From Octopus sinensis (taxonomy: Eukaryota), in the NCBI RefSeq assembly GCF_006345805.1, contig NC_043006.1, forward strand, positions 44,392,001-44,456,000: a DNA stretch of 64,000 bases. The letters run 5' to 3'. Position 1 is the stretch's first letter, and the number at the start of each line of letters is the position of its first letter. The notes beneath the pieces were generated by a model. That model was not told the origin of the DNA. It did not search any database and saw only the letters and a program-made list of their open reading frames with translations. Both the position numbers and the translations under genes were made by a program. Below, piece after piece: positions 12,061 through 22,816 of the stretch.

Positions 12061-12288
12061 CTTAACCTCTTCATTACTAACCCGGCTGAAACCGGCTCTG
12101 GCTCTGAGTACAAATGTCTAGTTTTCATAAGTTTTGAATTAAAATCTTCCACCAAACCTAAGTCACAATTTATGTTCCTAACACTAGCTTAATGATAACT
12201 AAGTTATTTTACTAAATTCTTTGTTATATTGAAAGTAATTGAAAGAAACCCTGAACATCTCAAAATAAATACAGTAATGAAAGGGTTA
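12061..12288. mobile_element. TTAA-flanked MITE (piggyBac-like ends)
   Basis: TTAACC...AAAGGGTTAA termini. A close relative lies at ~60999-61228 and a partial one at ~34800-35030. Confidence 0.55.
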
Positions 12289-13277
12289 AGGCCTTAGTGG
12301 CGAAAAGGGCTAAACAAAAGGTACTATTTAAGAAGAGTATTCCCGGTGCACACACTTGTGTACTCACGTATCTGTGCTAGCTAGTTGATCCTACGACTAC
12401 CTAGCCTATAACAAATTTATTTACTTTATTTTTTAAAAATTGTTTACTATGTTTTTGTGTTTTATTTACTTATGCACAAGTATGCGCACTGGGACCACCA
12501 TTCTAAAATAGTACCTAAACAAAATATACATGGATTCAAGTTTGCTAGATTTGTAGGTGAAATGAATCAAACCAGTAAAATATTTCATTACCACTGTAAC
12601 AAATTAAAGTTGAGCTCAGGGAAGTGTGAATACAGGAATGAATTAAACAGAATAAGGGATTTTAATCTAGAGCTGCTCTTTTTCTGTCATCAGAAAATTG
12701 TACTTTTTCAATCAGGTGTGCCAAAGGAGCCTAAATTTCAACAAAGAAATTAAACCATGCCACATATGCAACTTGTCAGGAATCAACAACTTTGTCTGTG
12801 TTACTTATCTCCAGCAGTCATGACAATTAGGCTACTTCTGGATCTCTGATTAGCTCAACAATGTAGCATCAACCAAGACATTTCTACAATGACAGATGCA
12901 TCTAGAGGAGCAGTCATAGCTTGGTATCTTTTACAATAACTCTAGACCAGAGGTTCTAACTTTTGGGGCCACTGTCCCCCTCATAACCACATAATACCCT
13001 CAGCCCCTACTTTTATGTATAAATAAATATTCTATATTTTACTAATTTATACATACTATGCATCTTTTGATATTTAATATATAATTTGTATACAATATCA
13101 TAATAAATTCATAGCGTCCCCTAATCTACTGCCTTCCTCTCAAGGCCTCCTTTTTCTCTACTGTCCCCAGTGCCCACTTGGACCATCTCAAATCTCAGTT
13201 TGAGAACCTATGCTCCAGCCGAACCAAAACCTGGCAAGTAGACTTAATAAATGGTAAGTGAAAGAAGTTCATTCTGC

Positions 13278-13315
<38 letters not shown>

Positions 13316-13322
13316 ATACATA

Positions 13323-14075
13323 TACAGGGTGCGATGGGTAAATTGTCACCATTTTATGTTTTTTCATGCATGCACATTGCTTTTGATTTTGCCAACTATA
13401 CAGTATAGTAGGGTCAGTTGAGCACCGTTTGTAAGAAAAACAGCAGCACGACACAATTCACTGCCAGAAATTTGGAAATGACATGCTGTACTTCTTGGCA
13501 TTCACACCAGAAGCTCCAATTACAAATATTTCTGACTGTTTGAATGTCAATCTGAGGACGTACAGAGTAATAAAAATCAAACATCCTGATGTTTGGAGTA
13601 ATGGCAATGTAATATTTCCATTCATCTTCCCACACAGCCTCAGACTCAACATGGAGGTCTACATCAAGTGCCTAGAGGAGGTAGTGTTGTCCTTGATCAA
13701 GAGGATGGCTGCTGGAAGACCCTGTCTGGCAACAGGACTCTGCACCATGCAACCCAAACAGAACCGAGTCATAATTTCTGCGACATTATCCTTAACTCTC
13801 CAGACTGCGCCCCACTTGATTGTGTGGGGGGTGCGCAGTTGAATGAGAGACCATCAAAACACCAAAGATGAATTGAAGGCAAAGATTATGGCAGCATTCA
13901 CCAATTTAAACAAGGAGACTATCCAGAAGAGTTGCAGGAGATTCTAAAGTCGTCTGGAGGGCATGGCTATTTTATTGAATAAATTTACTCAATAGTATTT
14001 CAAGATATGTTAAATGAGATATTAGGGTTATTTTCATTTTTGCTTAATTTAGAAAGTTTATTCACCACACCATGT
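13323..14075 (+). mobile_element. Decayed Tc1/mariner-family DNA transposon
   Basis: Starts TACAGGGTGCG after (TA)n. Contains degenerate Tc1-like transposase text (YIKCLEEVVL..I.R.AAGR; QQDSAP; NSPDCAPLD..W). Confidence 0.6.
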
Positions 14076-15307
14076 CTATTAAAAAGCATTCAGTCCACAC
14101 TACAAAGTGGTTGGAATTTGGAAAGGTATCTAGCTGTAAACATCATACCAAAACTAATCTCACCTGTGCTAGCACCACACAAAAAGCAGAGTGGTTGGTG
14201 TTATGAAGGGCATCCAGCCATAAAGACAGTAGCCTAGGGTAATTTTTCTACCTGGCCGACTCCTGTCAATTATCCTGCCCATGCATGCATGGAAGAGGGA
14301 TGTTAAGCAACAATGAGATAACTATCCATGAATGAATTGCTTAAATACACACCAAGTTTAGAGGTGTAACAGTATTGGATAGACCAATTTACATATTAAA
14401 CACATTCTCCGCCAACTGGTATGTAAATATTGTTAATCAAAGTATGCTGTGCGTGAGAAAACCCGGCAAGACCAGTGAGAACAGTCATAATCAAAATAAA
14501 TCAATTCATATATCAGAAAGCAGAACCAAATTGAGGTCGATCAACATCAGTGGGAATTGCAGCTGTGGTTAAGCAAACCATCCGATCGTGGTTGTTGCCG
14601 GCGCCGCCCCGGCTCGGTGGCACGTAAAAGCACCATCCGTTTCATGGCCGTTTGCCAGCGCTGTCTGGCCCCCGTGTTGGTGGCACGTAAAAAGCACCCA
14701 CTACACTCACGGAGTGGTTGGCGTTAGGAAGGGCATCCAGCCGTAGAAACACTGCCAGATCTGACTGGGCCTGATGAAGCCTTCCAGCTTCACAGACCCC
14801 AGTTGAACCGTCCAACCCATGCTAGCATGGAAAACGGACACTAAATGATGATGATGAAAGACACAGCATTTTGCTTTGCAAGCATGATGTACTACCAAAT
14901 ATATGAAGGGTTTACAACAATATTGTGCCCCACTTATATGTTAACATTGCAATGTTATCTGTACAGACCTTCTTTAGTTCCGAGCCTACACTAAAAGTTA
15001 TGTTTCGCATACAAATACATCTATAAAAAGAAATGCGATTAAAAAAGTAGTGGCTGTAAAACAAATTGTGGTGTCCTTGCAAGCAGTTTATATTTATTAA
15101 TACCTTCAAAATACCACTATTAACAATTTAATAACTCACATTGCCAACTGACACAAAGCTAACACTGATTGGTATACAACTACATTTAAATGTCCAATAT
15201 CCATCAGCTTCCATGCTGACAACACAGATTGTTAAACAATCCAGTCACACATTACCAGCTCATCAACAAAACAAAACAAAAAGACTAGCTTTCAAGTAGT
15301 TTCCCAG

Positions 15308-15313
15308 TTTATT
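15308..15313 (-). promoter_or_regulatory. RPL8: RPL8 polyadenylation signal AATAAA
   Basis: TTTATT on the plus strand, 35 nt past the stop codon. Confidence 0.6.
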
Positions 15314-15347
15314 TTGCTTCTGTACAAGTAGTTTAATAAGCCTCAAT

Positions 15348-15425
15348 CTATTCTTTATCAACCTTGCCAGTTGATTGTTTGGAACCTCGGAGACGACCAG
15401 TACGACGGGCAGCAATAAGACCAAC
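15348..15425 (-). CDS. RPL8: 60S ribosomal protein L8 (uL2), last coding exon
   Basis: ttttccag|VGLIAARRTGRLRGSKQSTGKVDKE*; phase 0. Confidence 0.96.
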   Translation of the reverse strand, partial: VGLIAARRTGRLRGSKQSTGKVDKE

Positions 15426-16300
15426 CTGGAAAAGAAAAGAAGAATCCATTTAGAATACATCAGAATGAAAAATTCATTATCATTGTCTCAAAAGAACAGA
15501 AGAATGTATTGCATGTACTGGAAGTAAGGGAGCAACCCCACTTACTTCCAATACATGCATGGTCAATCAACCATTACATAAGTGAAAAAAATACTGAATA
15601 AATAAATTCCACAAAGAAATTACTTCATCACAGTTTGAAGGTTAAACCTATTTCAATCAATATACTAAAAAGTTTAAATCATCAACAACAAAATTCAAGT
15701 CAGTGAAACATTATCCACTGCCCTCATAGTGAAATATGCTTAGGACCAAGACATTTTGGACTGCTGTCAGCTTCAACATAAGCAATTATTATCGAGAAGA
15801 TATTAAGAAAGCAAGCTCCTCGAAGTCTCAATCACAAGATATCTCTTGAAATAAAAAATAAGTAACCTGCTTTCAGGCTAGAAGACTCACTACATTTTAT
15901 TTAGAATGGAAAAATTAGGTTTAACTACATTTATCTACATTCAAGCAATAATATCTTATGCTGGATTATAGCAATCACAAACTGACAAGATTCTAAAACT
16001 TTACAAACATGTTGCTTTATCCAAGTCTGTAACTAAACACCACTTCCAACCACTCAGGTTTTGCACATACATGAGACTAAATTACCCTTTTGTCCTTTTA
16101 TTCCAAGATGTTAATTTGAGATTTAACTTTTTCCTAGCAGGTCAAGCAATTCTGTAGACACAGTCATTTGCTTATGTTTACCCCAGTCCTCACTATACAC
16201 ATATCATAAGAACTGAATGAAACTATTTACCAAACCAAAGGAAAATCCAGGTGCTAAATATCTGCTGCAGTTTTTAAGCAGTAAATTAGATTCCAGTCAA

Positions 16301-16374
16301 CACACTCAGAGTATTAAACATCTACACCAAAAGTTCAGGTCAAAGTGAAGAATTTTGTTACTCATCACAGTATG
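16301..16374 (-). ncRNA. SNORD37: Intronic box C/D snoRNA, SNORD37/U37-like, copy 1
   Basis: Minus strand: catact-GTGATGA (C)..TTCTTCACTTTGAC-CTGA (D')..CTGA (D)-gtgtg with terminal stem. The 14-nt guide is complementary to the conserved 28S rRNA segment GUCAAAGUGAAGAA. Same strand as RPL8. Confidence 0.85.
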
Positions 16375-16632
16375 TAAATTCTTTTCTGGGTTTTAATCAC
16401 TGACTGCATCATCTTCAAGATTACATCAACTAGTGCTTGTATTTCTAAAAGGTGCGTGGTTTAGTGGCTATGGTATTCAGCTCATGATCATAAGTTCCAT
16501 TCCTGGCTGTGTTGTATCTTTGAACAAGGCACCTTATTTCACATTGCTCCTGTTCACTCAGCTAGTATATAGGAGTTGCACCTGTAATTCAAAAGACCAG
16601 CCTTGTCACATTGCATCTCCCTGATAACTGCA

Positions 16633-16859
16633 TTAACCCTTTAGCATTCAGATTATTCTGTCAAATATAATATTTATTCATCCATATTGTTTTAAGCCAA
16701 TCATGCATTATTTCGTAGCTTTAAGATTTCGATGATGTTATCACCTGTTTTTAGATTGACATTATAGGTTGGTGTGAGATACCAAATCTGGGCAGTTTTA
16801 ACAGAAAACAGGTAGATTATTTGGGCCGGATATGGCCAGTTTAAACACTAAAGGGTTAA
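16633..16859. mobile_element. TTAA-flanked MITE in the RPL8 intron, nested in a SINE
   Basis: TTAACCCTTTAGCATT...AAACACTAAAGGGTTAA terminal inverted repeats. Confidence 0.6.
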
Positions 16860-17465
16860 GGATACACATGTTTGTGGAGTGCTCAACCACTTGCAAATTA
16901 ATTTCCCAAGCAGGCTGTTCCATTGATCAGATAGACTGGAACACCTGTGATTGTAACTGACAGACAGAAGAGTAAGGGAGTTTGTAATTCTGAAAGAAGT
17001 CCAGTGCCAAGGGTTTCAGAGATGTAGCACTGCAACTGATGTTAGGCAGACTAGCCATCAAAAAAAAAAAAAAAAAAACTGTTGGAAGAAAGACAAACAT
17101 CCCTCTAAACCCAGCCATCTCCATAAAATGGTAAAGGGGAGGAAAAATAAAACATGCAGATTTATTTTATCCTAGTATTTCATTCTATTCCTTTATGGTA
17201 CATCTGTTTTATGCACATCGAAGTCCACTTGTGCATACAATTCTACCCAGCTAAATAGCAGCCAATAAACCATTTTGATGATCAAACAAAATTTTATTTA
17301 CTGGAATGAGACTTGCTTTGAGAGAAAAACCCTTTATCGTGTACTAAATTCTCAATTTTTAAATTCAAATATATAAGAAGGGGGTGTATTACAGAAATAT
17401 AAAAAGATTAAATGACACTAAACAATATCCGCTGCATTTATTAAAAGACCAATTAGGTTCCAGTC

Positions 17466-17545
17466 AACATACTCAGGGAATGAAGCTATCAACACTCAAA
17501 GATTCAGGTCAAAGTGAAGAAATATTTTCCTCATCACAGCATGTT
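17466..17545 (-). ncRNA. SNORD37: Intronic box C/D snoRNA, SNORD37/U37-like, copy 2
   Basis: Minus strand: aacatgct-GTGATGA..ATTTCTTCACTTTGAC-CTGA (D')..CTGA (D)-gtatgtt. The 16-nt guide is complementary to 28S GUCAAAGUGAAGAAAU; the terminal stem extends via TTCCA/TGGAA. Confidence 0.88.
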
Positions 17546-18199
17546 TGGAAACAAAGAAATTATGAAGTTGAATAAACACTTCAAAATAAGCATACTACTT
17601 TCCCCACTCAGCTGAAGGGATCTTGCTTGATGACCCCACTAATGCTGGTGCCATGTAAAAAGCACCCAATACACTATAAAATGTTTTGGCATTAGGAAGA
17701 GCATTCAGCCAGAGAAACCATGTCAAAGCAAACATTACAACTTAGTGCAGTTCTCTGGCACACCAGCTCCTGCCAAACCATCTGACTCATGACAGCTAGG
17801 AAAATGGATGCTTTTTATTTTAAATAGCACAAGACGCCAAAAATTAATTTCAAATAATTCTACTCAGCCAGGTGACATCAATCAGTCCAAATTACATATT
17901 CAACCCAGTCATATCTGGCCCAGATTTTCTACTTATTAAAAAAAAAAAAAATGTTAAAACGAACCAGATCCAACCTATCACACCTACCCTACAATGCCAT
18001 TTGTAAAACATACAAAGGGCACCGTTGAAACCTCGAAGCTACAAAATAATGTGTGATCTTTTGACAGAGAAATCTGAATGCAAAAGCATTAAGTAATCTA
18101 AGAGACCAGACTAACGGATGGCCTCATCTGCATCAATAATATTCCCTTCAATGGAGGCCAGTGACGACTCCAAAAAATAAATAAAATATTCAGAAGTAC

Positions 18200-18286
18200 C
18201 TTTCGCCCAGCTGATGTATCTCTCCGGACTGTTGAAGCTTTACCAATATGCTGATGGTTACCACCTCCGTGAGGATGCTCAACAGG
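18200..18286 (-). CDS. RPL8: RPL8 coding exon 5
   Basis: ttag|[29 protein letters not shown]|gtac; 87 nt. Confidence 0.96.
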
Positions 18287-18396
18287 CTAAAGAAAGAAGG
18301 GAAAATATAAATTAATAAGTGATCAATAATACAAAAATAGATCAAACAACGAAATCTGTAACTCAGCATTGATGAATTATATGTTTGGCAACTTAC

Positions 18397-18512
18397 ATTC
18401 ATAGCAACACCTCGGACTTTTGGCCAACAGTTTTTCTTAGCTTTGTATTTATAATATGCACGACCAGCTTTCAGAAGTGGTTTATCTATACGTCCACCAC
18501 CAGCAACAATAC
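18397..18512 (-). CDS. RPL8: RPL8 coding exon 4
   Basis: gtag|(G)[38 protein letters not shown]|gtaagt; 116 nt. Confidence 0.97.
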
Positions 18513-19035
18513 CTACAAATATCACAACAATCATGTGTAAGACAAAAAATAAAATAAAAAGCATAGCTAACTATTATGAACTCAAACTATTTAGTTACAT
18601 TGATACATTGAAGCTCTGATGTCTGGCAACTGACTTGGTAAACACCCACAAATTATTAACCATCATGCCAACAACCACCTTGAGCACCTTGTTGCCAAGG
18701 CATTGCATCTTTTAAAACTTCCATGCTTCCTGAAATTCACCAACACTACACCTGATATCCCCCCTCCACACATGTATATGATGACTCATACTGTTCACTT
18801 TCCCGACTTTCATACATAATTCCATGTACTGAACATGCACCTTTGATGAATTGTAGTGCACCTGAGCACTATACACAATTTCATTATTATTATTATTTAA
18901 TTGTAATTCTATTAAGTTCACTGCCATTGTTCCAATTAATTTAATGAAGAACTTATGAACAGCAAATGTTGACATTTTTCTTGTGAAAAGTAACATGCCC
19001 AACTGCACAAACTACATTTGTCAATGTCTACTCAC

Positions 19036-19254
19036 CTATCATAGCACGATTGGTTGAAGGAACAACTTTCTTTGAGCCTGATGGTAACTTGATGCGAGTT
19101 TTCCTGGTTTCCAAATTGTGTGAAATAACTGTAGCATAATTGCCTGAAGCTCTAGCTAGCTTTCCACGGTCACCCGTCTTCTCTTCCACACTACAGATAA
19201 TGGTACCCTCTGGCATAGCACCAAGAGGAAGAATGTTTCCAACCTGTAGAGTAG
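19036..19254 (-). CDS. RPL8: RPL8 coding exon 3
   Basis: caag|(A)[64 protein letters not shown]|gtgagt; 219 nt, phase 1/1. Confidence 0.97.
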
Positions 19255-20675
19255 CTTGAGAAAAAAACCAAAAAAAAAAAAAAACCATAAAACTTTGAAC
19301 AAAATACATTTAAGCATACATTCTGACTGATAAAAACAATAATCTGTAGCAAGTATGCTCTGCAGCAGCTTAAAAAATAATATGGATTTCCAATATTGGT
19401 ACAAGGGAGAGCTGATTAACTAAGTGCAAGCATCCCTGCATTACAACCACCCCAGGCTATGGAGTTTCGTGTTTAAAAAATTGCCAAGTATGACTACTAA
19501 TTTTAAGATATTGTCTGTAATTTTGCCGTTTTTAAGCTTGTGTTTCACATTAGTGAAGGAGCAGTAAGGAATGAAAACCGAGGTGCAGACAAATTGCCAT
19601 GTTCTTGGGAATGTAAACAAACCAGCACCAGTTGTCAAATGCGAAAAGAGAAATAAAAGACAAACACACACAGGTTCTGAATTTCCAATTACCAAATTCA
19701 CCATCAAGGTATTGGTTGCATCTGGGTATAGTAGAAGACACTTGTCCAAGGTGCTATGCAATGAGATTTATATTGAATTTCATGTGGGAGAGAAAAATCA
19801 ACTACATTGCTAGAGACAACTACAGTGAAAACTGTGACCAAAGAGAAATTAAGTCAAACATGTAAGAAGCTACCCCACTGACAGCTCAGACACAACTTTT
19901 TCATAGCTTTAATGCAATGCTTAAAATGGTATGGCTCCTGACTAGATAAAGGACCAGATGCAACAAAATATATTAAGAACTAAGGTAATTATGTGTGTGT
20001 ATGTAGATAGAGATAAATAGATAAGGCATTTTACAGACAAATATGTAAATGAAACTGAATACTAATGGAAAACCTCTTCTGGTTTGTAAAGGACGATTTG
20101 AAAGGCCTAAATAAGCACTTGAATTTGCACATGACAAAGTGTAACTAACCAAACCAGATCATTTTCGTGAGTTCACTCTCACATTTGGGGGGATATATGC
20201 AAAAATCTAGACATTATTTTGCTCTATTACAGAATTCCAAAGCTGCAATGGAAGTTCAGATTCACACAAAATAAGTATGAGAGTATTTTCATTTGCTATA
20301 TTAAATTGCAAGAATACGTGTACAAAATAATATTTATTGTAATATTTATAGTTGCCTTCCACTAATTCTGCTCCCATGTTTGCCCTGGAATTAAGGAACC
20401 AATATTTCTACAACCTGTCCAACATGGACAGATTTGCAATCAAGAATGTGAACCTCTGAACAAAAGTGAATACTATCTTAGAAGTAATAGGATTTGAACT
20501 CACAACCAAGCCACAATTAGTTATTATGACATAAGTGCTCAATCAACCTATAACCTGTACATTCTTTTTAATTAATAATTAAATTATATTTCTAGTCCAC
20601 ACTGTCAAGTTCCAAATATTTTTTTACATACACTGAACATGGCAGAATTTAATATGAAATGGTTGAAATAATAAG

Positions 20676-21007
20676 CGTAGGAGTGGCCATGTGGTAAGTA
20701 GCTTGCTTACGAACCACATGGTTCCAGGTTCAGTCCCATTGCGTGGCACCTTGTCCTCACTATAGCCTCGGGCAGACCAAAGCCTTGTGGGTGGATTTGG
20801 TAGATGGAAACTGAAAGAAGCCCGTTGTATATATTGTATGTGTGTGTCCCCAACATCGTTTGACAACCAAGTAACTAAGCGGTTCAGCAAAAGAGCCCGA
20901 TAGAATAAGTACTAGGCTTACAAAGAATAAGTCCTGGGGTCAACTTGCTCGACTAAAGGTGGTGCTCCAGCATGGCCACAGTCAAATGACCAAAACAAGC
21001 AAAAGAG
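20676..21007 (+). mobile_element. tRNA-derived SINE family A in an RPL8 intron
   Basis: GGAGTGGCCATGTGGTAAGTAGCTTG..CCACATGGTTCCAGGTTCAGTCCC head and GCTCCAGCATGGCCACAGTCAAATGAC tail. Confidence 0.7.
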
Positions 21008-21037
21008 TATCTTTAAAAATTTCAAAAACAAACTCAC

Positions 21038-21179
21038 CTTTTTTGCCACAGTAAATGAATTGTCCAGTATATAATCCTTCTGCACAGACGAAGGTTTCAG
21101 TCCTTCGTTTGTAACGGTAAGGATCTCTGAAGCTGACACGAGCTAGGGGAGCCCCGCGGCCAGGGTCATGGAGGATGTC
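21038..21179 (-). CDS. RPL8: RPL8 coding exon 2
   Basis: ttcag|[47 protein letters not shown]|gtgagt; 142 nt. Confidence 0.97.
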
Positions 21180-22520
21180 CTGAATTTACCAAAATAAAAA
21201 AAAAAGGAAATTTAATAAACATTGAAACACATTTTGAAATCTGAAAACAAAACCAGTAGTGATTGCCAAAAATCTATCAACCTCAACACCTGACCAGCAA
21301 TATTTTCAATTCAATCACTTTTTCTTAACCCTTTCATTTGCCTCATATTACCAACTGCCCAAAACACCCCATTCATGTTTAAATGAGAATTTCAGAGAAA
21401 ATCTAAGTACATTTGTGAAAACAAAGGATTTCACTAAGTAAGCAACCGAGTTACATTGTCCAGCTATTTCTTGGGCAAAAATTTTGGTTTATTAAAAGTA
21501 ACATCTGGAAGTATCTTAAAATAAGCCTTACAAATTGATGAAAAGTTTAGGGATTAAAAAAAGCACATGCATTATCGCTGCATTGCTCATCTATTTTATA
21601 GAAAGTAAAAAAAAAAAAGAACAAATTATAAAGTTGTTGATGATAATATTGTATATTAATAAAGCATTTTTAATAATAGGAGTAACTTTGTTAAAAAAAG
21701 TTACTATGGCATCTCATGTAATGAGGAACATAATTGAAGTTGTATGGTTTTGACACACACACTTATACCAAGCAAAATATAAAGTCAGTCCCATGAATTT
21801 GGAATAACATTGTAGATTTAATAAATATTGTGATTTGACAGATGATTCAGAAAACATAACATGATGTTAGATGTAGTTAGTTCTCAGAAAAGAAAGGTAA
21901 TCCGAAATATGACACCATGCTAATATCATTACATAATTTCTGAGTCATTGAACATGAGATTGAAACACTTTAAGATGGCGAAGTGCTTGTCTCTTCGAAA
22001 GGAGCACGTACGTGACAAATTTTAACCACTAACAAGCAAAATACGGGAGACAATTCAGCATACGTTTGAGTCTTGTTAAAGCTCCTCATTTAAGCATAAA
22101 CTGCATCTTAACTAACTGCAGTAGCTATGAGAAAGAAGCACAATATCAACATGGGTAGGTATTGGTATCCGAAAATTTATATTGCAGAAATTATGGGGCT
22201 TACTAAAATTCATGTTGATCTTTAGAAGTTGTGGAAACTGAAACTCATTAACTCCCTCATTAATAATAATGGGGGGAAAAAGTGTTTAATTTTGGTACTA
22301 CTTAAATACCCTAACAGGTGTGCATTGTAAAAACACCGTTACGTAGATGCATCGAGACCTGGGCGGAGGTAAAGGACATGGACCGCACACCTTTTCGGTA
22401 GTACTGATTATTTTATGTCATTCGATTTTCATAAATGGTTTGCTGTAGACATTCAACCATTTTTGACTTAGTTAATGAATTCTTGTCGGATTCTCTCAAA
22501 TTAAATACTGGATAACTTAC

Positions 22521-22658
22521 CCGGACCACACCTTTGATAAAACCATGACGTTCAGCAAAATCAATAGCACGAAGTTTAGCTGCACCTTTCCTGTGTTTGG
22601 TGTGGGCACGGAAGACGCTTCCAGCTCCCTTACGTTGGGACCTAATAACTCGTCCCAT
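22521..22658 (-). CDS. RPL8: RPL8 first coding exon
   Basis: [46 protein letters not shown]|gtaagt. An acceptor-like ttttttcag sits 7 nt before the ATG. The six exons total 780 nt (259 aa plus stop). Confidence 0.97.
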
Positions 22659-22695
22659 CTTGCGTCTGAAAAAAATATAGCAAACCAAGATACGT

Positions 22696-22816
22696 GAAAG
22701 CAAGGAAAAAAGAAGAAAAAAAACACTGAACAGCCGACAAAATAAACATATAAGAAATTTCGTAGATATCGCAATACATGTAAATTCTGTGAACATGTGA
22801 CAACTGACGTTTCCGG
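22696..22816 (-). promoter_or_regulatory. Possible RPL8 promoter / 5'TOP region
   Basis: Minus-strand pyrimidine tract (22696-22723) and a CCGGAA ETS-type motif with adjacent ACGTCA (22805-22816). The tract could instead be intronic. Confidence 0.3.

Noticed and set aside
15575-15636. Possible third U37 copy (AAGAAATTACTTCATCACAG)
   Set aside because: Box C-like text is present, but there is no intact guide or D/D' box. At most a relic.
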